Of a stretch of 64,000 nucleotides of DNA, positions 35,944 through 50,445 are shown in pieces. The DNA comes from the human T2T-CHM13v2.0 reference genome, Homo sapiens. Under the pieces are notes generated by a model that was not told the origin of the DNA, made no database searches, and saw only the letters and a list, made by a program, of their open reading frames with translations. Location of the stretch: the NCBI RefSeq assembly GCF_009914755.1, contig NC_060926.1; one strand, 5' to 3'. Positions within the stretch are counted from its first letter, which is position 1, and every line of letters starts with the position of its first letter. The position numbers were made by a program, and so were the translations under genes.

Positions 35944-36250
35944 GGCCAGGTGTGGTGCCTCATGTGTGTAATCCAAGCACTTTTGGAGGCCGAGGTGAGC
36001 CGATCACTTGAGGCCAGGAGTTTGAGACCAGGCTGGCCAATATGGCAAAATTGCATCTCTACTAAAAATACAAAAAAAATTAAGCGGGCCAGGTGGTACA
36101 TGCCTGTAGCCCCAGCTACTCAGGAAGCTGAGGCATTAGAATTGTTTGAACCCAGGAGGTAGAGTTGCAGAGAGCAAGATCACACCACTGCACTCCAGCC
36201 TGGGTGACAGAGCAAGACTCTGTCTTAAAAAAAAAAAAAAAAAAGAAAAA
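35944..36250 (+). mobile_element. Older Alu (Sz/Jb-like)
   Basis: Full dimer. TSD agag(t/a)ctgcaagtt. Confidence 0.93.
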
Positions 36251-36277
36251 GAAAGAGACTGCAAGTTATATTGGAAG

Positions 36278-36743
36278 TGCATTAGTTGCCTATTGCTATT
36301 ATAACAAATTACCACAAACTTAGTGGTTTAATACAACACAAATTTATTCCTTTGCAATTTTGAAGGTCAGAAGTCTGCTATTAATCTCATGAGGCTAAAA
36401 TCAAGGTGTTAGCAGGGCTTGTCCTTTCCAGGGGCTTTAGGGGAGACTCTGAATTGATTCCTTGCCTGTTGTAGATATTAGAGATGGCTGTGGTCACATG
36501 ACTCTAGTCTCCGGTTCTGTTGTCACATCGCTTTCTCCTTCCTTTGACCTTTTACCTCTTTCTTAAGAACCTGTGTTTACACATTGAGCCCACCCAGATA
36601 ATCTAGGATAATCTTTCCATCTCAACATCCTTTACTTAATTATATCAGCAAAGCCCCTTTTGCCACACAAGATAACATATTCACAAATCCTAGGGATTAG
36701 GATGAGAACATTTTCTGGGAGGCATTATTCAAAAACCCACCAC
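36278..36743 (-). mobile_element. MLT1 (C/D-like) LTR
   Basis: 'ataacaaattaccacaaacttagtggttta...gagcccacccagataatctaggataatct...cccaccaca'. Confidence 0.8.
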
Positions 36744-37033
36744 AGAAATGTAGTCACATAGAATTTCCTGTAATTTGGACATATAACTAAACTTGGGTTA
36801 AGAGGTGTTTTTGGTCATATTTCAAGTACTTTTTGAAGTCCTGCAAGAGGGGAATATGGAACCTGGAAACAGTCCATGTATTATCTGGAAGAATTCAGAA
36901 TCTGTTACATGAATTAACTGTGAGGGCTGGATTTCCTCTAGATGGGGTTACTTCACATAGCAACATAGAAGCATTGCTGCAGATGCTGTCAGCATCTAGA
37001 AGAAAACCCTCAAGCTCACTAGTGAGGTTGCTA

Positions 37034-37522
<489 letters not shown>

Positions 37523-38689
37523 TCAAGCAACTTATCAGCCTTACTGTTCATTTGCATGTAAGCACATGTATATCTGTGCATGTGTAAAGGAAACCATAGA
37601 AAATAATGATAACTGTCTAGAATGAACTTCTTAAATTTGAATGTTAATTTCAGTGATGACAGTTTACTGACGATTAGTATTTAAAGTGATCCATAACCCA
37701 ATTCATTTTTGATAAATATTTCATATTTATTATAAAATTTGATAGCTGAAGTTATTTTATTTTTCATTCAATGTAAATTTGTCAATGTCTAGTATGTGCA
37801 AATACTAATTTACTCATCGATTGCAGTTGCAATGCACTTGGTACTGTGGATACATCAGTGAACAAAGAAGGTATAATTCATTTTCCTATGGAACTTTTGT
37901 CCTAGTTTGGAAGGCAGACAAACAAATCAAAACAAACCTGTCAAATAAATGTCTGTATATACAAATAAATATGTTGAAAAAAGTCATAGTATTAAAACTC
38001 ATTTCCCATATGCTCTCAGATAAAGAAAATTTAAATTTCTATGATTATTGAAGCCATTAAAATTCAGCATGTAATTCCTGTTTTTATTCAATAAGTATGA
38101 AATTAAATCTTGTTGTAAATGTCCATTCTTGGAAAATACCTGTCTTAACTTTTCCCTCAGTTTTTGGTGTTTCTGTTTTTAAAAGAAGGCTGTTGGCACT
38201 AAGAGATTTCCATACCCCAAGCAGCTACTTCTCCAGTCTTCCACCTCTTAGAAAATGTTATCACAGTTACCGAATACTTCAAGCAAACAACCTGATTGTT
38301 ACCCTTGATCTCTCCCATTTTTATCCTCTATGAACATAGATAGAGGGTGGTCAGTGAGCAAGGAGGCTCCAGATGGGGAGAGATGATGAAGAGTTGATCA
38401 TTCCAATGCTATTTTCATAATTTCTTACAGCTCTGGTATGAATGTGCTTGGAATCTTTAAGATGACTATGAGAGCTGTGAAGGTAGAAACATTCTAGGTG
38501 TTTTTTATTCTGAGCGATTGCAACGGATGAGTAAGCAGGAAATTGAACCAGGATCAAAGACTTCAAGGAGACAAACCAATGCAGGTGTCTAGAAAGACTT
38601 AAAGGCATTGGCAGAGAGGAGGTGTCATCTAGAGGCAAATGGGGCTGGAAAGACTGAATGCGGTATCAGTGGATACGATGGGGGTAATT

Positions 38690-38920
38690 CAGCAGAGGCA
38701 TCAAAGCAGAGTGGCTAAAGAAACACAGACTTTGAAATAAAGAGGTACTGCATTCAAATATTAAGTTTTCCACTTGAGATTTGCCTCTCGTAGTCTCATT
38801 TTCCTCATCCTAATGTGTAGATTATAATACCGTTTATCTTAAAGACTTGTTGTTTCGGTATTAAATGATGTTTTAGATAAGATAATGTACGCAGAGCACT
38901 TAGTATGTTGCTGGCATCCA
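38690..38920 (+). mobile_element. MIR
   Basis: 'gagtggctaaag...cagactttgaa...ctcattttcctcatc...taaatga...gagcacttagta'. Confidence 0.65.
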
Positions 38921-39199
38921 GTTGTCACCAGAGCTGGAGTCACTGTGATGCCAGCAGATCGGAAGCTTCAGCGCCCCTCTCATTCGTGGTCTGTTCCATA
39001 TCTGTGCAGAGGTCCTAGTAATGTGCTCATGTGGCCATCTTTCAGACAATATTTGTGAAAATAAAATATTTTGACTTCAATTTATTAAGCGTGTTATCTC
39101 TTTTCACTCTGACTACTTTTCTGTTCTATTACCCCTTTGGTTCAGAGGGAGAAAGGGATCCATGTGACTGCAGAAAAGAATTTTAAAAATAAATAAAAG

Positions 39200-40560
39200 A
39201 AAGTAAGCCATTTCAGAAAAACAAGACTCAAAAAATAGATTACCTAGAAAGCTTCAGAGCATACAAAGACTCAAAAAATAGATAACATGGAAAATGTAAT
39301 AAGATACATGGAAGGAAAATAGAATAATAGCCAGAAGAATGAAAATTAGATAAAAGAAAAAGTAATATGGGTGAGAGTAAAAGTGGTTCAAATGGAAGCC
39401 AGAAAATGATGTTTCAGCACACATGAAATTGGGGTCTTTGAAGAAGAAAAAAAGCAAACCATTTAAAAAAAACAGATAATTAAAATAACTAAAAGAGTAT
39501 AATTGATCATTTAAAACCCAAAGGATAAATGCTTGCGGTGATGGATACCCTATGTACCCTGATGTGATTATTATGCTTTGAATTCATGTATCAAAATATC
39601 TCATATAACCCATAAATATATACACTTATAATGTACCCACAAAAATAAAAAAAAGAGAACTAATATTGAAAACTAAAATCCAATAAAATCTTTTTGGAAA
39701 TAAAAAAATGAAACTTCTAAAATTCTTACTAAAAGAGTTCATCTCAAAAAATTGATTTGACAATAAACTGAAATCTTTCTCAGTAAAGTTGTTAGTCTTT
39801 AAGGACAAAGAAAAAAATCCACAGGGCCTTCAAGCGAAGAGATCAAAGTACCTTATAAAGGTAAGAAAATTAGGCTGGCATTTGACTCTTCAGGAACTGA
39901 ATGTAAAGCCAGTGTACTATAGAGCTGCATTTTCAAAAAACACAAAGATAGCATGACCCAAGAATATAATTTCCAGCCAGGCTGTCCTTGAAATATCAAG
40001 ACTATAGAAAAAAACAGTTTTAAATATGTAACTACAAAGGAAATCCTAAATACATCAACCACTCTCCAAAATTCAAGTATATGGTGAGTTTCATCCTTCC
40101 AGGAGACAATTGGAGAAACTTCAGCCAGAAGACTAGTGGTGAACATTTAATATATTTAGTTGTAAAATTATGACTAAACTGAGAATGGTGACACAGATGG
40201 GAGAAAGCCAAGGAAACATTATACGTTCTAAAAAGGTGGAAGGAATACAATTTTAAAAATAGGAAGAAAAGGGAGAGCGAATGGGGAATGTTGCATAAGA
40301 TCATTGAGTTTTATCATTAGCAAGTGAAAATCAAAGGAACTAGCCAGAACAGACAAACCAGATAGAAAAAGATTAAGTAAGACAAAAGAAGATTAACAAC
40401 AGTATAAAAGGTTTGAATACAAAGATTTCTACTAAAATCAAAACAGAAATTTTCCTAAACACTAAAAGACATTTTGAAACATAACAAAGATGATACACCA
40501 TTTAGAGAGAGACTTAGTAAATATTACACAATACACATAGTGACTGTATCTTAATATGAT
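39200..40560 (+). mobile_element. Ancient L1ME-like ORF1 region (decayed)
   Basis: A-rich. 'gtaagaaaattaggctggcatttgactcttc', 'acccaagaatataatttccagccaggctgtcctt'. Confidence 0.6.
39510..39655 (+). mobile_element. L1MA (MA2/MA3-like) 3' stub
   Basis: 'aaaggataaatgcttgcggtgatggataccc...gtacccacaaaaataaaaaaa'. Confidence 0.8.
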
Positions 40561-40642
40561 AGGAGGATAGCTTCTGGTTCAGATGAAGAATATTGCAATA
40601 GAATGTTGCTATCAGTCAAAGAATCAGAACAAGTTGGATGAT

Positions 40643-41025
40643 GTATTAGTCTGTTCTCACATTGCTATGAAGAACTACTGGAGACTGGGTAATTTATAAA
40701 GAAAAATGGTTTAATTGGTTTACAGTTCCACAGGCTGTACAGGAAGCATGGCTGGGGAGGCCTCAGGAAGCATACAGTCATGACAGAAGGCAAAGGGGAA
40801 ACAAGCATGTCCTACAAGACTGGAGCAAGAGGAAGAGAATGCAGGGGAAAATGCTACACACTTTCAAACAATCAGATCTCATAAGAACTCACTCATTATC
40901 ATGAGAACAGCAAGGAGGAAATCCACCCCCATGATCCAATCACCTCCCATCAGGCCCCTCTTCCAACACTGGGGATTACAATTCAACGTGACATTTGGGC
41001 AGGGACAGAAATCTAAACCACATTA
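40643..41025 (-). mobile_element. MSTA LTR
   Basis: 'tgtattagtctgttctcacattgctatgaagaac...ggctgtacaggaagcatgg...cccatgatccaatcacctcc'. Confidence 0.9.
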
Positions 41026-41308
41026 GGTCAGCTATATAATCATATGTTTTTCAAACTCCCAAAAGAATTGAGGACACAAGAAAATCTAAATGAACTTAAC
41101 TTTAGAAACTAACATGATCTTAACAATAGAGAAGAAAAAATAGTTATGTTATGACTAAAGGAGTGTGAAGAAGGAAAATCCACCATTAGAAGGATGAGAA
41201 AACCAGCCTAATCCTTAACACACTTTTAACAGTTGCATTGGAGCTGGCATGACAATTTGACATTTCATGACAGGTCTAAGAATGGCCACTACAATATCTC
41301 TTAGAGAA

Positions 41309-41724
41309 TGTGATGGCTAATTTTATGTGTCAACTTGACTGGGCTAAGGGATGCCTAGGTAGCTAGTAAGGTATATTTTTGTGTGTGTATTCCAGTGAGG
41401 AAATTTCTGGAAGAGATTGACATTTAAATCAGTAGGTTGAATAAGAAATATCTGCCCTCATCAATGTAGGTGGGTGCCATCCAATCTGTTGAGGGCCCAA
41501 ATTGAACAAAAAGGTAAAAGAAGGATAAATTATCTCTTCTTGTGCTGAGACATCCATCTTCTCCTGCTATCAGACATTGGAGCTCCAGGTTTGGACTTGG
41601 ACTAAATTACTAGTGGGACCTCTCAACCTCCATAATCATGTGAGCCAATTGTCATAATGTAATATAATAGAAAATAGCTATCTATCTATCTGCCTATCTG
41701 CCTATCTGCCTATCCATCTATCTG

Positions 41725-41770
<46 letters not shown>

Positions 41771-41848
41771 CATCCATCCATCCATCCCTCCATTTATCAA
41801 TTGTCTTTCGTATTGGTTCTGTTTCACTGAAGAACCCTAACTAATACA
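41309..41848 (+). mobile_element. MLT2 (ERVL) LTR containing a (TATC)n/(CATC)n STR at ~41678-41787
   Basis: tgtgatggctaattttatgtgtcaacttgactgggc...gaaccctaactaataca. Confidence 0.88.
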
Positions 41849-42744
41849 GAGAGCAACAAACTTCTATGAAGTACTTTTTCCTTCTGGCCTGATAACTGCC
41901 ATTGTTAGTTAATCTTTTAATTGTTCAATGGAAAATGGGGTGATCTTGCTTCATCATAATGTGCGTGTAATGCTTTTGTCAAATCAGCTGGTTTTATTGC
42001 TTTAATGACACAAAGCTTATTCTCTTTCCTATTTTTTCTAGTCATAGTTTCCTATTGCCAGCCTCCTGACACAAGTTTTACTTTCCCTGTGGCTGTTTCA
42101 TAGGAATGCTGTAAAGATGAAATGAGATAATGCGTGAAAAGAGTTTCCCACAGTTTTTGACATATAGCAAGTGATAACTACAGCAATAATTATTATTAGA
42201 GATTTTTTTTTTCCAAGTAGGAGCAGAAAGGAATATTCTTTAAGCTCATTCACCTCCTCTTCAAAACCTACATTTTAAGTTCATGTAATTGGAGCTTCCC
42301 TGAGGCAGGAAGCTTTCTGACTGCTGGAGAGAAAAACTGTCACCAGCAATTCACTGATTTTCCTTAAACCCCACAAAGCAAGGGCCTGTTTGCTGGATCT
42401 CAACTCAGTGTGGGGGAAGTACTTGGGCCAAACTAGAAACAATTGATTTAATTAGGACTGGAACATTTTATGTCAATAAATGACAACAGGAAGATCAGGA
42501 TTGCTTAAGAGGAATGAGTTATGGGTGTTTTGTTTGGTTTGCTAAAAAGTGTTTTGATGGTTTAACTACTTTATAAAGATATATAGCCTAAATCATATTA
42601 TTGCAGTAAAGACCTTCATATCAGCCCAGTGGAAATTGTGAGTAGGCCATGTTTGGTGTTCCCATTTCTTGTCTCTCATTCTTACTCTTTATACCATATC
42701 TCTAGGTATTCTGAATTCAATTTTATAAGCCTCTATCCTTAGCT

Positions 42745-43150
42745 GTCACTATTGTTTGAGTGTTCCTGTGGCAACATTGGGAGGTGGAATCTTTGAGAGG
42801 TGGGGCATAATCAGAGGTGTTTGAGTCATGGAGGCTCTGCTCAGGTAGTTTGGTGCTGCTCTTCTGAGATTAGATTAGTTCTGTCAGGAATGGACTAGTT
42901 TCAGTGAGAGTAGGTTGTTATAAAGTGAGGTTGCCTCTCGTGTTTGTCCTTACTGGCATGCACCCACTTCCCATTTCTGCTTCTTCACTGTGTTGTGACA
43001 GAGCATGAGGCCCTCCCCAGAAGCCAAGCAGATACTGGTGCCATGCTTTTTGGACTTCCCAGCCTCCAGAATCACAAGCCAAGTAAACTTTTTTTCCTTA
43101 TTACTCAGTCTTGAGTATTCTGTTATAGCAACACAAAATGGACCAAGACA
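42745..43150 (+). mobile_element. MSTB-like LTR
   Basis: 'ggttgttataaagtgagg...ccagaagccaagcagat...ttctgttatagcaacacaaaatggaccaagaca'. Confidence 0.8.
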
Positions 43151-43665
43151 ACTGCCTACTATCCTCCCTCTAAAGAGGTGGCTGATAAAGTTTTAGAATT
43201 GTTAATCATCTCAGTTACATTTGAACTGACACATATTTATAAAACAAAATGAAAAAGACAAGTTTTCAGTTCTGGGTTCCAGAAGGACACCATTAACACA
43301 CTTGATTTACACATAATTTTTTTCTCTTTATTTTCCACAGAAAACTAAACACAACATCTAGGAATTTACATGTAGTTTACAGTAATTCATAACATGTCTC
43401 AGTCACATTAGAAAAGGTAATTAAATATAGACGTATGAACTCAAGCAAGTCTCTTACCTTCTTGAGACCATAGATTAATTCTTTGTAAAATGAATTAATG
43501 TCACAAAGTGACATTGAAGGCCACTCACATCCAATATTCTCTAATGAGATGGTCCTTAAAGATTCACCATCTTTAGATGACTATTTGGTGATCTGTACGC
43601 CAGAAAGATAAAGAATCTTAAATGCAAAACTTTTTTAAATGGAGAAAGAGAGAGAGAGGTTGCGG

Positions 43666-43666
<1 letters not shown>

Positions 43667-43702
<36 letters not shown>
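43667..43702. repeat. (TG)n microsatellite
   Basis: Direct reading. Confidence 0.98.
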
Positions 43703-43706
<4 letters not shown>

Positions 43707-44802
43707 TGTATGAGATATGGTGAGTCATGAGGCCTGTGTGGTGTTGCTCTTACTGATGAAGAATCTTGCCTCTCATAGCCAGGCTCTTGCCAGTTTCAGC
43801 ATCTATATATAAAATATCTAATGGCAAGTGGAAGGCTTTCTTAACATGACTTCTTAAGAATGAATCAAACCAAACTCTGGAACAAGAGCTACATACATGA
43901 ATATGTGCAACTCTAAATGTGATATTATTTAATATTGTCTTAATTTCCTCCTTAACTTGGACCAGGTTTTCCCTTAGTGTAACTAAGGGGATAGTCTGGA
44001 CATTCTCAGTCTCTTGAGAAAGTTCTAGAGTATTTAAACTTTTCGGACAAAAAGATTCTTTCCTGCCTGGAGACCAAGGTGAAAATGATTCTGCTATTCC
44101 ATGAAGTGGCAATTTGGGACTTCAATGTTTAACTATTTCATGGCCACATGCTTGGAGGCTGCTCTTGCTTCAGGGTGTGTAAAGTCCTCTACATAGAAGA
44201 CAGGGTGACTTAAGCATCTGGGAGCGATGGTTTGATAGCTCAGACGGTTTATATCTATTTCAGGATCACTACAACTATAAGAATCCCCCAGATCTTTGAA
44301 TCCTGTGACAATTCCCCACTCCCGAGACTAGATCCAGCATTGCTGAGAGCCTCTTTCTTGATCTGACCTTTCCACTTTAGCCTCTTGCTTGCCATCTCTC
44401 TCCCTTTATGTTCCTAGTTTCTAACCTCTCTGTTGGACTTATCCTTCAGTGCTTACTTTTATTTTTCAGCTACTGGCTTGGTATCTTTCTCACTCATTAA
44501 CATTTCCTTTCCCTGCTTACTTCAGAATGAGTTAAAGTCACAGAGATGAATGATTCCTTGCACCTGAGACCCTCAGTTCCAGCTGTAACGTTTTCTGCTT
44601 TTAGCAGGTCTCTGTGATTTCCTTCTGGGACAGGACCCTGCTGCAAACTCTCAATTCCTAGCAGCTAAAAGTTTAGGTTTGGGGTCCTTATTCTTAGCTA
44701 TTATTGAATTTATTTTATTGCTCTTTTTAATGGATTATGTCCCCGCAAGTTCCAAACCCCTGTACTCATATTGTAACATTATTTAGAAATAAAGTCATTG
44801 CA

Positions 44803-46099
44803 GGGAAAGGATTCCCTATTTAATAAATGGGGCTCGGAAACCTGGCTAGCAATATGTAGAAAACTGAAACTGGATCCCTTCCTTACACCTTATACAAAAA
44901 TTAACTCAAGATGGATTAAAGACTTAAACATAAGACCTAAAACCATAAAAATCCCAGAAGAAAACCTAGGCAATACTATTCAGGACATAGGCATGGGCAA
45001 AGACTTCATGACTAAAACACCAAAAGCAATGGCAACAAGAGCCAGAATTGACAGATGGCATCTGATTAAACTAAAGAGCTTCTGCACAGCAAAATAAACT
45101 ATCATCAGAGTGAACAGGCAACCTGCAGAATCGGAAAAAATTTTTGCAATCTACCCATCTGACAAAGGGTTAATATCTGGAATCTACAAATAACTTAAAC
45201 AAATTTACGAGAAAGAAAAAACAACCCCATCAAAAAGTGGGCAAAGGGTATGAACAGACATTTCTCAAAAGAAGACATTTATGCAGCCAACAGACATATG
45301 AAAAAATGCTCATCATCACTGGTCATCAGACAAATGCAAATCAAAACCGCAATGAGATACCATCTCACTCCAGTTAGAATGGCGATCATTAAAAAGTCAG
45401 GAAACAACAGATGCTGGAGAGGATGTGGAGAAATAGGAACACTTTTACACTGTTGGTGGGACTGTAAATTAGTTCAACCATTGTGGAAGATGGTATGGCG
45501 ATTCCTCAAGGATCTAGAACTGGAAATACCATTAGACCCAGCCATCCCATTACTGGGTATATACCCAAAGGATTATACATCATGCTGCTATAAAGACACA
45601 TGCACACGTATGTTTATTGCAGCACTATTCACAACAGCAAAGACTTGGGACCAACCCAAATGTCCGACAATGATAGACTGGATTAAGAAAATGTGGCACA
45701 TATACACCATGGAATACTATGCAGCCATAAAAAATGATGAGTTCATGTCCTTTGGAGGGACATGGATGAAGCTGGAAACCATCACTTCTCAGCAAACTAT
45801 CATAAGGACAGAAAACCAAACACCACATGTTCTTACTCATAAGTGGGAGTTGAACAATGAGAATACATGGACACAGGGAGGGGAACATCACACACTGGGG
45901 CCTGTACGGGGGTGGGGGGCTGGGGGAGGGATAGCATTAGGAGAAATACCTAATGTAAATGATGAGTTGATGGGTGCAGCAGCCAACATGGCACTTGTAT
46001 ACCCATGTAACAAACCTGCATGTTGTGCACATGTAGCCTAGAAATTAAAGTATAATTAAAAAAAGAAAATGTAAAAAAATAAAAATAAAAATAAAAATA
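44803..46099 (+). mobile_element. 5'-truncated L1PA5/PA6-like element (ORF2 C-terminus plus 3'UTR)
   Basis: ORFs 44798-45097 and 45250-46041. 'ggagaaatacctaatgtaaatgatgagttgatgggtgcagc'. TSD agaaataaagtcat(t/g)gcag. Confidence 0.93.
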
Positions 46100-46324
46100 A
46101 GAAATAAAGTCATGGCAGATATAATTAGTTAAGTTCTGATGAGCTCATACTGAAGTGGGTGTGCCCTTAGTTAGGTATGACTGGTATTTGCATAAGACAA
46201 CATAATACAGATATGTGCAGGGATCACACCATGTGAAAAAGGAGGCAGAGATTGGAGTGATGCATCTACAAACCAAGGAATGCCAAGAATCACTGGCCAT
46301 CACCAGAAGCGAAGAGATAGGCTT

Positions 46325-46736
46325 TGTCATGGACTGAATGTTGCCCCTCCTCCTGCAAATTCGTATACTGAAGTCTTAACCCCGCAATGTCTCAGAATAT
46401 AATTTTATTTGGAGATAGGTCATTTAAATAGGTAATTAAACTGAGGCCATTAGGGTGTGCCCTAATCCAGTTGACTGGTGTCCTTATAAGAAGAAGAGAT
46501 TAGGACACAGAGAGGGATACCAGGGGTGTGTACACATGAGAGAATGACCACATGAAGAGGCAGCAAGAAGGTGACCATCTATCATCCAAGTAGAGAGACT
46601 GCAGAGGAAATCAACCCTATAGACACCTTGATCTTGGAATTCCAGCCTCCAGAACTTTGAGAAAATAAATTTCTGTTATTAAAGTCACCTGGTTCGTGGT
46701 GTTTTGTTATGCCCACAGCCCTAAGAAACTAATACA
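46325..46736 (+). mobile_element. MLT1B-like LTR nested in MLT1C
   Basis: tgtcatggactgaatg...aaactaataca. TSD ggctt/ggcat. Confidence 0.82.
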
Positions 46737-47479
46737 GGCATGAAATAGCTTCTTAGGTCTCAGAGCCCCCAGAAGTAATCGCCTCAGCTGGTACCTTGAT
46801 TTCAGACTTCTGGCCTCTGGAACTGTGAGAGAATAAATTTCTGTTGTTTAAGCTGGCATGAAACCATCCTCTCGCCATTTTTATCACCCTCTTCTTGACC
46901 CATATCTGTTGTCAGTCCATTCCATAATTTATTTGACAAGTATTTACAGACCTCACATATTATTTGGTGACCACTGTGTCTGTCTTTAGCAGGATATTTG
47001 AGACTAGACGAATAATGATTAGTAAGATTCTGTTTGTATTAGCTATCCATTTTTCGAAAGTCCTATATAACAAACAACCCCAAAATTCATGTCTTAAAAC
47101 AAGAAACATTTATTTTTCTTTGAAATGATTAGTGAGTGCACTTGATAATGAAAGAAGATAAGGTACCATTGGAAGGATTTGAGTTTGCTTGCACTAGCAT
47201 GAAGATTGCCTTAGTAAGAATATTCCTTCTGCTATGAATAGCTGAAAGAGCCTAATGTGATACCATGAAAGGATTGAATGTTTAAAATTCCTATCTATTG
47301 TCAAAACAAATTGATTTTCTAAAGCTTGGACATTTCTGCAATTCAATTCCAATTCCTTAGAATACAGGAAACGGTGACAGAATATAAAATTATAAGGCTT
47401 TCTCTAGAAAAATTCAAACTTAAAAGAGTACAAAACAAAACAAAAAACAGTAGTATAAATATCAAATACTTGAATGGTA

Positions 47480-47805
<326 letters not shown>

Positions 47806-49616
47806 TTGAATGGTGATTTCAACTGTGAATGAGAATTTTCATGAACGGCTTCAGAGTCTAATTGTGCTTTTTTATAAAGATGCAGCAAATTGAGATGAAA
47901 AGGAGAATGATAATTAGAAACTTTTTTTTTTCTGGTACATTTGTATCAAGAGTTGTTTCTAAAGTCCATAAAGTAAATAAAAGATTTTAGAATGATGGGA
48001 TCTTTCTATATTCTTGAGGTGTTAGGAGAAACCACACGTGTTTACAAAGGCAGAGATGGTGAAATAGTTTTAACACAGAAGTCCAAATGAGTATGAAATA
48101 TATCTTCATTGTTGATATGCTTATAGATACAAAGAAGAATATGATATAGAAAAAGTAAGCCCAAGTCCCATCTCTAAGAGTTTGTAATAAAAATAATAGT
48201 AGGTTTATATTTCCTGATCCTGTATCTCAGAATTGAAGAACTGGGGCTTTAGGATTTCCTGCCAAAGCTTCCATTAGATGGATACCTTGGTAACAAGATT
48301 TGTGTAATTTTTTTAATCTCCTAAAGCCCTGCATTTGGAATTTACTCCATATGTAAAATATTTGATAAAACAAAGGGAAAGAAAAGAAAGCAATGGTTTA
48401 ACACATCAAAGCAGGCAATTTTAGCCTTTCTCTTTCATGGGTAAAATACATGGGGTCCTGTCTTATTATTAGTGATATTAAATCAGCAACAGTATTTTTG
48501 GTATGAAGCATTTGACAGCACACAATTTGCCCACTGATGCCAAACATAGCAGAGGAGGAAGAACCCACCAGAACCTTCAGTTCTGCTCAGTATGAGGGCA
48601 TGTCAGATACCCTGGCACTTTTAGTGACCTATTCAGGTCCAACAAAGATAAAATTGAATTTAAAATCAATTATTACTCATTGTAAGGTAGAGATGAAAAC
48701 AGTAGAATTTATCTGTGTCCATTTTCTGTGAACATCTTCAGAAAAGAATGTGGAATTCTTGGTAGCCACTCTGAGATTTGGAAAGTGCTGTTAAATACAG
48801 AAGTCACTGATCGGGCCCAATAGCAGGAGCTGGATTGTGGGCTGTACTATTCAGAAGCCTTTCATTTTGGGGTTAGTGACAAAATGCACCATGATAACTT
48901 TTGAGTCAAATCATCTCTGCGCTAATAAATAAAACATTACTCCTTATTACTTTCCCATTTCCTTCTCTTGCCCGTGAGCATTTTGAAATACTTGGATTCT
49001 TCCAACATATTAAACTACAAATTTGTTTTGATTGAAATGTATTAGCCATTTAGTTCACACAAATATTATCTAAAATTAAAATGTATTGCTCAATAATGCA
49101 GACAGAGGATTTGGATAATGAATACATATAAATACAACTATTTTTCCGCACTCTTGATTGAAAATTGATTTTATACTCATTACTGATTTTTAACTATGCT
49201 TTCATAAGGACTTTCTCTATTTATCCTGACCCTTAAAATATTGTAGAACATATAAAACATGCTATAAAGAAAGTACACAGCAATAAAATAGAAATGATTT
49301 ATAATCTCAACAACTGGAATTAGTAGTAAAAGTGTAAATCCTGTCCTGGACTAAAAGTGAAAATCAGCTTGGACTGAGAAAGAAAACAGTAGTCCACGAA
49401 TCAGGACAGACATAAAGCCCACTGCAATGTTAAAAGGAAACATGGTTGCTCCTGGGTCAAGCAGCAGCTATGAAATGCCAAATAATTCCCTCTTTCAGTT
49501 TTTTTGAGCGACTACTACTTTCTTAACAATGACACCCCTCACCTGCCTTGCTTTTTCATCATTATATGATACCATTGCTAAACTACCCTTATCTCATGTG
49601 GGCACCCACTTCCTAA

Positions 49617-49975
49617 TGGCTATGGTCTGAATGTTTGTGTTTTCCGAAAATTTATATTTTGAAATCCTAACACTTAAGGTGATAATATTAGGATTTGGGG
49701 TTTTGGGGGTGGGGGGTTAGATAAGGAAGGCACAGCACTCGTGAATGGGAATAGTGACTTTATACAGGAAGCCACAGAGAAGCCTTTCATCCCTTCTGCC
49801 ATGTTAGGTTACAGTGAAAATGTGGCTGTGTATTAATCAGAAAGTAAGTCTTCGCCAGAGCCTTTGCCTGGATATTGGACTTCCCAGCATCCAGAACTAT
49901 GAAAAACAAATTTCTGTTGTTTACAAGCCACCAGTTTATAGCACTTTGTTACAGCAGCCTGAATGGACAAAGGCA
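49617..49975 (+). mobile_element. MLT1A0-like LTR
   Basis: 'ctatggtctgaatgtttgtg...aagccaccagtttatagcactttgttacagcagcctgaatggac'. Confidence 0.82.
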
Positions 49976-50074
49976 CTAGTTAACCCCTACTTCTAATCCT
50001 ACTTCACAAACAGCAGCCACTCCAAAGTGGATTCTATTCTTTAGACTCACTGCTGAATCTTTGAGTAGGAACCC

Positions 50075-50445
50075 TGATATGGTTTGGCTGTGTCCCCACC
50101 CAAATCTATCTCAAATTGTAATCTGAATTTTATCCCCACGTGTTGAGAGAGGGACCTGGTGAGAGGTGATTTGCTCATGGGGGCGGTTTCCCTAATGCGA
50201 TTTTCATAGTAGTAAGTTCTCACAAGATCTGATGGTTTTATAAGGGGCCTTCTCCACTTTGTTCTCTCTCTCTCCTGCCACCTTGTGAAGAAGTTTCCTG
50301 CTTCCCCTTCACCTTCCACCATGATTGTAAGTTTCCTGAGGCTCCCAAGCAATGTGGGAACTGTGAGTCAATTAAACCCCCTTTCTTTATAAATTACCCA
50401 GTCTCAGAGGAGTTCTTTATAGCAGTGTGAAAACAGACTCATACA
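50075..50445 (+). mobile_element. THE1 (C/D-like) solo LTR
   Basis: tgatatggtttggctgtgtccccaccca...acagactcataca. TSD aaccc/aatcc. Confidence 0.92.

Larger units (their letters stand above)
44727..46856 (+). mobile_element. MLT1C-like LTR hosting an L1PA and a second MLT1 LTR
   Basis: Pieces ~44727-44802, 46100-46324 ('gaggcagagattggagtgatgcatctacaaaccaaggaatgcc') and 46736-46856. Confidence 0.8.
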
